Positions 50,755 to 61,320 of a DNA stretch of 64,000 bases are shown here, one piece after another. Numbering within the stretch: the first letter of the stretch is position 1; every line of letters begins with the position of its first letter. The notes below the pieces were generated by a model. The model saw nothing but the letters and a program-made list of their open reading frames with translations, had not been told where the DNA came from and did not search any database. Source of the DNA: Octopus sinensis. Its lineage: Eukaryota. A program made the translations under genes and the position numbers. The stretch spans positions 34,038,001 to 34,102,000 of the forward strand of contig NC_043015.1 in the NCBI RefSeq assembly GCF_006345805.1. Reading direction: 5' to 3'.

Positions 50755-52270
50755 TGTCAAATTGATACACTACTCTCATTGGTGACAGTCACACATTGAC
50801 ATCACACTACTCTCATTGGTGATTGTTGGTGATACATCAGTGTCTGCTGTACTGTCACTGGTCGCTGCCTGTAACACATTGAGGTGCAATGTATTTCTGA
50901 CTGTGACATATTGATGTTACACTATTGTTACTGGTCAACATTGGTGAGTCTCTTATATCATACTGTTCTCTCATTAATGCCTGTCCATAACACAGCGGTG
51001 AACAGAACACTGACTTGTTAATGTACACATGTTGCATAGTATTGTCACACATGTATGTTGGTAACACATTGACAGCATACTCCAGTGTCACTTGTGACCC
51101 TTTGATTTCATAAAGTACTCTCATTTCCATGTTTAGGTCATACTATACTCTACTTGGTGATACATTCATGTCATACTGTACCATCAGAGACCTGTTAATG
51201 TGACATTGTGCTGTCACAGTTGGTAACATATGTATATCGGGCTCTACAGTAACCAGTGACTGTTGTTGATACACTAATGTCACACTATACTGTTACTTGT
51301 GACTGTAAGTGACAAATTGATGTCACAATACCCTAGCATTGGCAACATTTGGCTGCAAATTGATGTCATACTTTGCTGTATATTGACATGTTAGTGACAC
51401 ACTAATATCATTCTGTACTGGTACTGGTCACTGTTAGAAACATTGGTATTACATTGCGTGTTCACTGGTGACTGCTGGTGAAACATTGTTGTCAGTCAGT
51501 ACTGCTATTGGTAATTGTTGCTGATGCAATGATGTCACAGATATATTGGCACTGGTGACTGTTGGCAACACATTGATGTTACACCATACTTTCACTAGTG
51601 ACTGCTGCAGACAAACTAATGTCGAATTAATTGTTATTGGTGATTGGAGGGGACAAGTTCTTGGTATACAACACTTTACTTGGGACTTTTGGTGATCTAT
51701 TGTTACCACACTAGTTGTATTGTACTCTCATTGGCAACTACTGATCACACATTGGTGACTGTTGGTCACATACTGAAATCACGGTATACTGTCACTTGTG
51801 ACTGTTGGTCAGACAATGATATCACCAAGCTACAGCTACTGGTGACTGTTGTTGACACCCTGATGTTACACTGTACTGTTACTGTGAACATTTGTAACAC
51901 ACTGATATCACATTGTAAAATCACTGATGACTATTTTTGACACATTTGTGTCATATTGTCACCGGTGACTGTTGGTGACTCACTGTTGCCATGCTGCATT
52001 CTTGCTGGTAACACATTCATGTCATACTGTACTTATTGCTAGTTGCTGCTGGTGACTCACTTGTTACACTCTAGTATTATTGGTGATGTTGTTTATACAT
52101 TAGTGTGATACCGTATTCCCACTGGTGACTTGGTGTCATGTTAAATATACATATGTTTTGTAGAGACTTTTGCTGACACATCAATGTCACACAGACCTGT
52201 CATTCCTGCCAATGCATCATCATGTCATAAGGCTTATCACTTGTTTGGTGCTGAGACATGTCTTTGTGAC
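50755..52270. repeat. Ancient degenerate minisatellite, unit about 43 bp
   Basis: Recurrent motif with eye-derived consensus CACATTGATGTCACACTGTACTGTCACTGGTGACTGTTGGTGA across about 1.5 kb. Confidence 0.75.
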
Positions 52271-52586
52271 ACAAAATGCCAAAATGTACCCTTTGTAGTT
52301 CTGTGATATTTTCATATTATTCCATCACAAATCGCAAGGGAGGTCACTTAAATACAACCACAACCACAATACATATTTTTATTGCCTATTCTTTCCTCCT
52401 TGAGAATTCTTTCAGTCCTCCTCCTCCTCCTCTTCTGGCCACTTCTTTATTTATGAGACTCATTACAATTGAAGTACAATTCCTTATGTTTCCTATTTCT
52501 TTAACTGATTCTATTAAATGCTATTCCTTAATTACTTCTATTAATGTTATTGTCATTGTTGTTCATATTAATATCATTATTGTTAT

Positions 52587-52661
52587 CTACTACTACTACA
52601 ACTACTACTACTGCTGCTACTACCACCACCACCACCACCACCACCACCACCAGTTCTTCTT

Positions 52662-52746
<85 letters not shown>

Positions 52747-52752
52747 TATTAT
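52587..52752. repeat. Compound trinucleotide array (CTA)-(CTG)-(CCA)-(TTC)-(TTA)
   Basis: Direct reading; gives the poly-T/S/Y and poly-H/F/L pseudo-ORFs. Confidence 0.95.
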
Positions 52753-54084
52753 TTCAATCATGGTTTTGCTATTAGGATATTTCTCCCATATTTCTTGAGG
52801 CTATGTTGAGATGTTTAAACAAGAAGAATCGGTAAAGAAACAATCTTGTATTGACTGGAATAACAATGATTGAATGGAAAGCTTTCTGCATTTCAATATT
52901 ATTACTCTTTTCCTTTTACTTTTCTTAATTTAATTTTTTGTAAAATTCATTAAATTTTTGTAACTTTTTCTCTTTTCATGGTGATGGTGGTGGTGGTGGT
53001 GGTGGTGGTGGGTTGTGGTGGTGGGGTGGAAAGCTGCAAGGAGGAGGAGTTGCAGATGTTCTTTGATTTTAATACTTTTACTCATCAAACATATATTTAG
53101 CATTTTAAAAATGCTAGCATTGTTTTTGTATCTGCCAATCTTCACCTCATACTCTCTTTCCATCCACACCAATCCAATCAAAACTGTGCAACATTAAAGT
53201 AATTGCCTTTTCCTGGTGAACAATTTGTGATATTAAGCCATAAGATTTTTAATGCTTTAAACAGTGGGACAGTTTGAAATAATAGTTCAAAACATCCATC
53301 ACACAAGAGAAAACAATGTTTAAATTTAATAAATGGTAAATTTTGATGCTGAATTTTCTGGAAGAAAGCTTTTAGCTCTCTATAGTAATATACCTCAGCA
53401 ATCTGTAAATAAAGAGGTAATAAAACTAATGTTATTTCTTTATCTAGGATAGAGTTTATTTAGGTAGGGAGATTACATTTGAAGACATGTGATGTGTAGT
53501 GCATATTGAACTCATGATGTGGGTAGAATATACAATACAATGTAAACAGGGTACATTATATTAGGATTCAGTGAAATGAACTTTGAGTTATGCCAAGCAT
53601 GGCACCATGAAACGTAGCAGCATGAGTTGTGTGACTCCAATATCAGAAATGACAGACTTTGCCTGTGATAAAGATTTCTTTTTTACTGTTTGGTTTCACA
53701 GAGCCATACATAGAGCTTTGACAAGTTTTGACTAAGCTGTAGCTTAGGATATTTTGTACTCAGTTAATTTAGTTGTAAATATGTACCATAGGAATCTACA
53801 ACTCATCATCAGAGGGATAATAGTGTATTTTACGAGTGCTTTGTTAGTTTGGAATCTTGAGTTCATATCCATCCATAATTAAATAAAGAATGTACCTCAC
53901 AAAGCTATCTTTCCCCCAAAACATAACAGAGAAACAAATTCTTCAAGTGCTGACATTATGAACTATGTTATGTGACTCATTTGGTTGATGACAAAAAAAA
54001 AAAACGAAAAAAAAAGATTGCATAACTTGCTCTGGAATCTGAAAATAAAATACTCTTTGGGTTAATCTGTTATTAAATATTCTA

Positions 54085-54622
54085 CTGGGTTGGCAACTAA
54101 GTTCCCACCGTTTTTTTAAATTTTAATTTTTAAAAGGTTTAATAAAAAATATCAACTAATTAATCAATAATGTATTCAACCTTGTTGTTTGTAACTTCTT
54201 CCCAATGTTCAACAAGGTTTTCAATAGCTCATTGGTAGAAATCACCCGATTTTAACTTGAAAAATTGCTCCAACCAAGCTCTCAATTCTGGATCAGTATT
54301 GAATGAAACTCCACGCATAGCATTTGAAAGAGATCGAAAGAGGTTTAAATCCATTGGTGCCAAATCAGGAGAGTATGGCAGGTGTTTGTAGCACTTCCCA
54401 GCCATGAGTTTGAATGGCTTCCTTGGTCATATTGGCGATATGAGGGTGGGCGTTGTCATGCAGCAGAAGAACTCCATGCTGCCGATTAGGTCTTTTCTCT
54501 TGAATAGCCGTGTTAAGTCATTCCTCCTGTTGAACATAGAGTTCTGCGTTGACCGTTTCGTTCTGTTCAAGCAATTCGTAATGGATAATCCCTTCCCAGT
54601 CCCACCATATGCACAACATCAG
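54085..54622 (-). mobile_element. Mariner (Mos1-like DD34D) transposase 3' half with TIR
   Basis: LMLCIWWDWEGIIHYELLEQNETVNAELY..LLHDNAHPH..GWEVL..HLPYSPDLAPMD..LFRSLSN..EYIID*; TIR CTGGGTTGGCAACTAAGTT follows a TA at 54083-54084. Confidence 0.93.
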
Positions 54623-54819
54623 AAAATACCGGAAATAATACTGCATAAAATAATTCACTGCAGAACATATTAATTTAAAATTAAAATTAAAATGAGGGTG
54701 AAAAGTTGGATATTAATTTGATAACATCAATTTTAACACCAGTGGTCTAGCATATATATGTATATATATGTATGTATGTATATTTGTATATGTATGTATG
54801 CATGTATGTATATATATCA

Positions 54820-55215
54820 TAGTTGTGGCCGATGCCAGTGTCGCATAACTGGCTCATTTAAAAGCACTTTTCAATTGTTGGGTGATATGCTGTGCTTGTG
54901 AAGACTCATTGAATTGAGTGAAATCATAGTCATGGTTGATGCCAGTGCCGCCTGACTGGCACCTGTGCCGGTGGCTCATAAAAAGCACCATTTGAGCATG
55001 GCTGATGCCAGTGCTGCCTGATGTGCTCCTGTGCTGGTGGCATGTTGGCATGTAAAAAGCACCCACTATACCCTTGGAGTTGTTGGCGTTAGGAAGAGCA
55101 TCCAGCTGCAAAAGCCTTACCAAATCAGATTGGAGCCTGGTGCAGCCTCCCAAGCAAACTGTCCAACCCATACCAGCATGGGAAGCAGTTGTTAAATGAC
55201 AACGACGACGACGAC

Positions 55216-55255
<40 letters not shown>
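54820..55255 (+). mobile_element. Family B SINE-like retroposon, diverged
   Basis: GCCAGTGCCGCCTGACTGGC subunits, GGCGTTAGGAAGAGCATCCAGC core and a (GAC)/(GAT)n tail. Confidence 0.85.
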
Positions 55256-55257
<2 letters not shown>

Positions 55258-55529
55258 ATATATATATATACAGTTGACAATAATCCTATATATTGTAAAG
55301 TTAGAAATATTTCTTTCAACCCTTGCCCCAAAACTTGACTAAATTGTCATTTTACTGAAGACTGGTTCTTTGAATTAGTCTGCATTGCATGCCTTCATTT
55401 AATTCTGAGACAATGAAAGATTATCCCTGTACATTCAGATGAAGAATATATTGTAAGTGAGAGGAATAACTGTATCAACGAAATACATTGGCTTATCTTA
55501 GGACAGATGTTGCTGTTTAACCCCAAATC

Positions 55530-55745
55530 CTTGCTAGTGAAGAAGTCTTAATTGTCAAATTGGGGTTCACAGATCAGTGGTGTCAAATATATCAAATAGA
55601 GTTCCATATGTCACACTCCATTGCACAGAATGGTCTCCACCATTGTAGTAGAGATTCATAGCAGTTGTTCCCACTGACTAATCTGTTCCTGTATACCAAA
55701 AGTGGGAAAGATGTCCTTGGTTGTTGTCCTTCGGTTCCCAACTCT
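55530..55745 (-). mobile_element. Possible Gypsy integrase relic
   Basis: TTTKDIFPTFGIQEQIS..NGV*H loosely resembles IF..FGIPE.IVSDNG..NGI.H; heavily decayed. Confidence 0.3.
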
Positions 55746-57615
55746 TAAGGTTTGCTAGGACTACATCCCCTGTGTGTCTAGCAGATATTTCAGAGGTTGT
55801 TCATATATCTTAGTCTTTTTGTCTTATGAGTGTGTATTTGAGAGTGTGTTTGTGAGTATGTGTGATTGTGATTGTGTGTGTGTATGTGCGTGTACATGTG
55901 TGTATGTATGCATAGAAGACACACACAACATTGTATTAGTTAGAGTGTATACAGTAGTTTTCAACTCAACATCGACAGGGTATATCTAGAGTGACAGATC
56001 TCTAGATCACCCTGATTAGTTTAATTGACAAAGTGCTATAGATCAGTTTAATTAGAGCTGACATGACAATAACAAACAACAACTAAACAAACCTATTGTA
56101 GACATTGCAAAACTTTGGTAAAACAATCTGTGATTATATTCGACTCATTCTCTGTGTTCATTTTTTCCAGCAGAGTTAAAACGTTTGGAAATAAAAGAAA
56201 TCAATTGTAAAACATCGAGGGTTGGGAAAAAGCTGTAGAAGCTCTGAATATCTGATCGGTGCCGATTCCAGTCTGCTTTGACCTGCTATAAATAATTTTG
56301 TTTCATTTATATACATATAAAATTGTCTGATGTCTTTGATATTTAATGATACACCAGCATTAATTCCTCATTAGAAATTAACATATGTATTTCAAAGTTT
56401 TACCAAATTACATTCCTCACAGAAGGAAAAGGAGAAAATAAAAAACAAGAATTAGATTCTAATTGAATTTTCAAAGAAAATTATTTCTCACCAAAATCAC
56501 AGCTCACTCTCAATACTTTCCTTTGTGAATATTATATTGAATTGTGCTTCGGTTACGGTTGTTGTTGTCATTATTGTTGTTCTTGCTTTCGTTGTCCTCT
56601 CTTAATGCATTATTGATGTGCATTTGTTGCTGCAGTGATCAAGCTTTGAAGCTGTTGTAATGGAATTTTGATGCAGATATAAAATTTCCAATTGGGAGTC
56701 AAGCTATCGCTAACATGATCTTGACACATATTTTAATGAATGTTTAGCTCGTCACTAAATCTGTCTCATCTCACTACTAAATAAATAGAGGCCGCCAACC
56801 TTGAAGTCGTTCCGGCAACACATTTTTAATAGTTTTGATCATTTATAACCTCCATCACCACACCTTTCTATAAATCATGGGTCATATTTAAATGAAGCAT
56901 TATTCCCATTTATGTGATTCTTAAAGTCAACCTATTATAAATATGGTAAGGACAATGGATGGTAGAACCGGAAGAGCAGCAGAAAAATAGCTTGTGACAT
57001 CTAGTAAGATCCATGCATATATATTTGTTCAAATACTGCTGAGGTTTGCTTCGTCTTTCATGCATCCCTGGTCAATGTTATGAACACTACCCCTTTACAG
57101 GTGTTGATTCAGTCCTCCAGAATGTCTGGCCTTGTGCATTAAATAGAAATCATTGTAAATATACAAAAAATGATTGTTACAGGGCTGAGTTATAAATAAT
57201 TTCTGATTTTGTTAAACGCCTTTACTCATGAAAAAATTTTACAATGAATTATTTTCAATTCTCAATAAAGTTGCCATAATTTTGAATGTTCTCTTGGCAT
57301 TCATCAGTTTGCCCTTGAGTAAAATTCTGACCAGGATCTGAAAATGAAGATGTTATGATGTCATCATACAGAAAACAACACTCTTCAGAGTGAGCTGGAG
57401 ATTCATTTAATCTCGAATATATTCCGGTTTGTTCTTATGTGTTGCAGAGAAGAGAGAACTGAATGAAAATCTAATTTTCTTTTTCTTTTCCTTTTATCAA
57501 ATTACTGTATATGTTGCAAACTGCAGATTGGAAAAAGAAAATATAATGAAATAAAAACATTTCCAGTATATATTATACATCTAGCAAATCATATATATAT
57601 ATATATATATTTATA

Positions 57616-57652
<37 letters not shown>

Positions 57653-57929
57653 ATTGTACATGCTGCTTTGAAATGCTTATAACCTTTAGACATTTTCAGC
57701 AATTTTGTCTTCTAAATTCTCTTTTGGTTTTTTTCTAAGCAGCATACCTGTAATTTTATTTGAACTGTAAGGCTGCACTAAAGAGGCAGGTATGTGAAAA
57801 CGTGAGCATTAATCAAAAAAATTTCGTTTTAAATTCATAAAAATAATATTGTCTTTACTTGAATTTCTCTATCTTCATTTCCTAACATAGAAATTAATTT
57901 CAGATTCATAAAAAAACGTTTCACTCGTA

Positions 57930-58192
57930 GGTGCAGGCGTGGTTGCGTGGTTATGATACTCTATTGGCAACCACATGATTTCATGTTCAATACCACTGCA
58001 CAACCTTTTGGATATGCTTTTTTATGTAAACCTAGGTTGACCAATGCCTTGTGAGTGAAATTGATAGATGGAAACTGTGTAGAAGCCCTTCATATATGGA
58101 TGTATGTGTGTAAGAATATATATCTGCACATATCTGTTTGTCCCCCACTACCATCACTTGATAATTGATGCTGGTTTGTTTACTCCCCGTAA
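57930..58192 (+). mobile_element. Family A SINE, diverged, with its 3' end replaced by a minisatellite
   Basis: GGCGTGGTTGCGTGGTT head through to GGTTTGTTTACTCCCCGTAA. Confidence 0.75.
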
Positions 58193-58336
58193 TGGTTTAG
58201 TTGTTATATGGTTTGGCTATTATATGGTTTCACTATTATATGGTTTGGTTGTTATATGGTTTGGCTGTTATATGGTTTGGTTGTTATATGGTTTGGTTGT
58301 TATATGGTTTGGTTGTTATATGGTTTGGCTATTATA
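58193..58336. repeat. 16-bp minisatellite, 9 units (TGGTTTGGTTGTTATA)
   Basis: Nine contiguous, exactly phased units with few substitutions. Confidence 0.95.
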
Positions 58337-58661
58337 AACTGCACAAAACCTTCTGTTTTCATTCATTCCTCTTTCTTTTAACTTCACCTTTTCCTCTAAA
58401 CTGTACACCTGAATTATTATTTTCCCTCAAACCGATGGCTTTACTGACACAAATTGTCTGTTGAAAAGAAAGCACAGGGCTGCAAATTTAGTAGTGTTAT
58501 TAAATATAAATGATACTGACTTTTCTTGTATTTCCCTACCTTCATTTTGAAATATTTAAGGTAATTTGAAAAATTTATAATTTCCATCAACTTCTCTCCA
58601 CTATACAAAAGTGAATAAATTGAATTATATGATATGCATGAATAAATATGATATGCATGGA

Positions 58662-58700
<39 letters not shown>

Positions 58701-58774
58701 ATGCACCAGACCATGTATGTGTGGGCGTTTGTACATCTATATCTACTAAAAGTTACATCTAATACTTTCTTTGC

Positions 58775-59055
58775 TGTATTGGGTGTTTGTTTCTTTTTGT
58801 ATCCAATATTTGTTACGGACCTTCTAAAAGAATGAAGCTGAACACCTTAATTTGCCACAAAGATCAAGAAGAAATCTTGTGAAGCAGAGTTTATTTTAAC
58901 AAGATACCTATTGAAATCACCTGAGGAGACACAGGTGTACTGAAGTATGCATCTAAACCAAATGTTCAGAATCCCACCCACAAGGGATCGATGCTAGATG
59001 GGTTGAAACAATTGTAGTGATCAATAAAGACTCTAGTATCCTCCATATTCTGTCT
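58775..59055 (+). mobile_element. Solo diverged copy of the PLE terminal repeat seen at 49066-49608
   Basis: Shares CACCTGA.GAGACACA and ATCGATG.TAGATGGGTTGAAAC..TTGTAGTGAT.AATAAA. Confidence 0.7.
58916..59021 (+). ncRNA. Type I hammerhead motif (extended stem II family), intact core
   Basis: ATCAC-CTGAGGA-GAC..GTT-GAAAC-AATT-GTA-GTGAT: perfect 5-bp stem I and palindromic stem III, but distal stem II pairing is weakened. Confidence 0.65.
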
Positions 59056-59545
59056 CACTCATTAATCAAATATACACATATATATATATATATATAAGCC
59101 ATGCATCCTTTGTATTATATTTTAATTAAGAAATGAGAGAAATTAGCTGAAACAAATATTTCTAAAGACAGATGAAAATTTGGAAAATTTATAATTAAAA
59201 TACCCACCTTTCCACTTTAATTGCTGATCACTTTGTTTAATGTTTAATAATCCTCCAGACATAATTAATTAATGGCAAAACAAATAGTTTCGAAACTGCC
59301 AGCAATAGATTTGATGAATAAAATGTAATAGAAGTTGTTATGAGATTGGTGAGAAACACAGTAGATTTGTTGGAGATTTCATCAATATAAATGTGAAATC
59401 AGTGTAAATTTTGATTTCCAAGAGAAGCCGCAATAAGAGGTGGGATGAGAATGGTTGTTAGATGTTATTCTGTTAAAAGTTTATTTGTAAGTTTTTTAGT
59501 CTGTGTCTCGTTATAAATAATTTACATACCTTATCAAATTATAGT

Positions 59546-59807
59546 TGTTCCTTCCTGAGCCATGCCTGGCTCATAAGGGCTGGTTTCCCAGTTTCCTTGG
59601 CATATAGGGACGCCAGTCTGTCGCAGGTGAGCTGCAAGATGCAGGAGGAAAGAGTGGCGAAAGAATTTGCCATTACCTTCTGCCAGAGCCATGTGGAGCT
59701 TAGGTGTTTCTCTCATAAACACACACATCGTCCGGTCTGAGATTCGAACCCACAATCCCTCGACCGTGAGTCCACTGCTCTAACCACTAGGCCATGTGCC
59801 TCCACTG
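59546..59807 (-). mobile_element. tRNA-derived SINE with 12-bp TSD
   Basis: Head GGAGGCACATGGCCTAGTGGTTAGAGC..GGGTTCGAATC; TSD TCAAATTATAGT at 59534-59545 and 59808-59819. Confidence 0.9.
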
Positions 59808-60245
59808 TCAAATTATAGTATGTATAATTATTTATATATGTTTATAATGTATAGATGGATTATGATAGAGAGGGCATCAACCAGGGATATATTCACTTCA
59901 ATATTGCATTGATGAGATATGCAATAAGATAAGGAAGGAGAAAGGGCAGTGCCTATGGTTTGTAAAAACCCTCCCAGACCGATGCAGTTGACATGGGTAA
60001 TGCTTAGTTTACTTCTGTAAACTAATAACTGACCAATAAACAATAAGTTGTTTTGTAGGAAGGTTTTGGAAATCTGATTAATTGCTTCTCTGGATGTAGT
60101 TTCACAATGTTTTCTTTATATGAAGTTATAATGAAAGATCATGAGATAAAATGATTTTTATGGATTTAGTTTCCAATTGGTAGGAAAGGATTTTCTTGAT
60201 ATGTGGTGGGCATTGCATTTTTTGTGGAACTGAAAAAGACGAGAC

Positions 60246-61320
60246 CAGTGCTTCTCAACCTTTTTAATATCGGGGCCAGATCCAAAGCCTGGACTTTTTT
60301 TAGTGGGTTGCACCAAAATAAGTAAAATATAAGTCAATTAAAGAAAAAATTATATTAAGAGAGGAAAGACTGTAACAAAAAAATAGAAAAATGGAATTTA
60401 ATGAGATACTGTTTTACTTTTGACTTTCAACTAGTTTGTCAAAACAAGGGCTCATGGTGAAAGATGCAGTATACGAGAGAATGGTTGGCATGATAGTCAA
60501 TCGGTCATAATATTTTGTTTTGATATCCTCAGTTTGCTTAAAAGTGCTTCACACAAATATGTTGAATCAAATATAGGGGAATCTTTCTGTAACTAAGGAC
60601 ATTTCCTTTCTGGGATTTGACTCCAAAAGTCAAGTAGTAGATTACCCTTAATTGCAGATGTCAATTTTTATTTCCAAGAGAAGCTGCAATAAGAGGTGGG
60701 ATGAGAATGGTTGTTAGATGTTCCAGGAGCTCTATATGAAATATGTCAGGAACAGTGGCCAGATCTATCTCCATAGGTGCTGAAAATATTTTCATCAAGG
60801 GAAAAAAATCCTTGATGTTACCAAAACGGCATTCAAATTCATCAATTAAGTCACTAATAATCTTGTTGTACTTATTGTATGATCTGTTGTCCTTGTGCTT
60901 AGAAATTGAGAGGAAATGGGTCGTAGTGCCATGTGCAAATTTGAATCTTTCAAAGGTGGAGGTGGACACAACACACAGTAGAACCACATTGATTTCATCT
61001 ACCAAATTTAGCTTGCAGGGTCAACTCAAAGTGCGACCCAATTGTATCAAATATGATACCATGTGATGCAAAGATATCACATGGTATCACATTCATTACA
61101 CAATCATGCCATTACTTACAATTCCTCATATTCCACTTTTTCTAGCTGTGAAGAATTATTTAGCAGATCCAACATTTTTATCTACTGCACGGTGATGTCC
61201 TATCAAGAATGGGGAAAAGATCTTTTCTCTTATTCATTGAATACTTTTGAATCGAGAGTTAAGTGCCTGCTTCATGAATTCTTGTACCGAGGAGGGAATG
61301 TTAAAAGTTTGATAATATTT
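60246..61320 (-). mobile_element. hAT (Charlie/SPIN-like) transposase 3' remnant with TIR
   Basis: THFLS..YNKIISDLIDEFECRFG..MKIFSAPMEID..PDIFHIELLE, then LLDFW and DSTYLCEALLSK (dimerisation domain); terminal CAGTGCTTCTCAACCTTTTT at 60246. Confidence 0.8.

Noticed and set aside
55439-55452. AG|ATGAAGAATATATT|GTAAGT 14-nt micro-exon
   Set aside because: Splice-like motifs of this kind are frequent by chance, and its phase is incompatible with the neighbouring candidate exons.
56171-56281. Possible terminal exon (ELKRLEIKEINCKTSRVGKSCRSSEYLIGADSSLL*) after TTTTTTCCAG
   Set aside because: Only an acceptor and a short frame, with no recognisable homology or linkable upstream exon.
59830-60230. 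Second hAT relic suggested by ALPMSTASV on the minus strand
   Set aside because: A single short motif in otherwise unreadable frames; insufficient support for a feature call.
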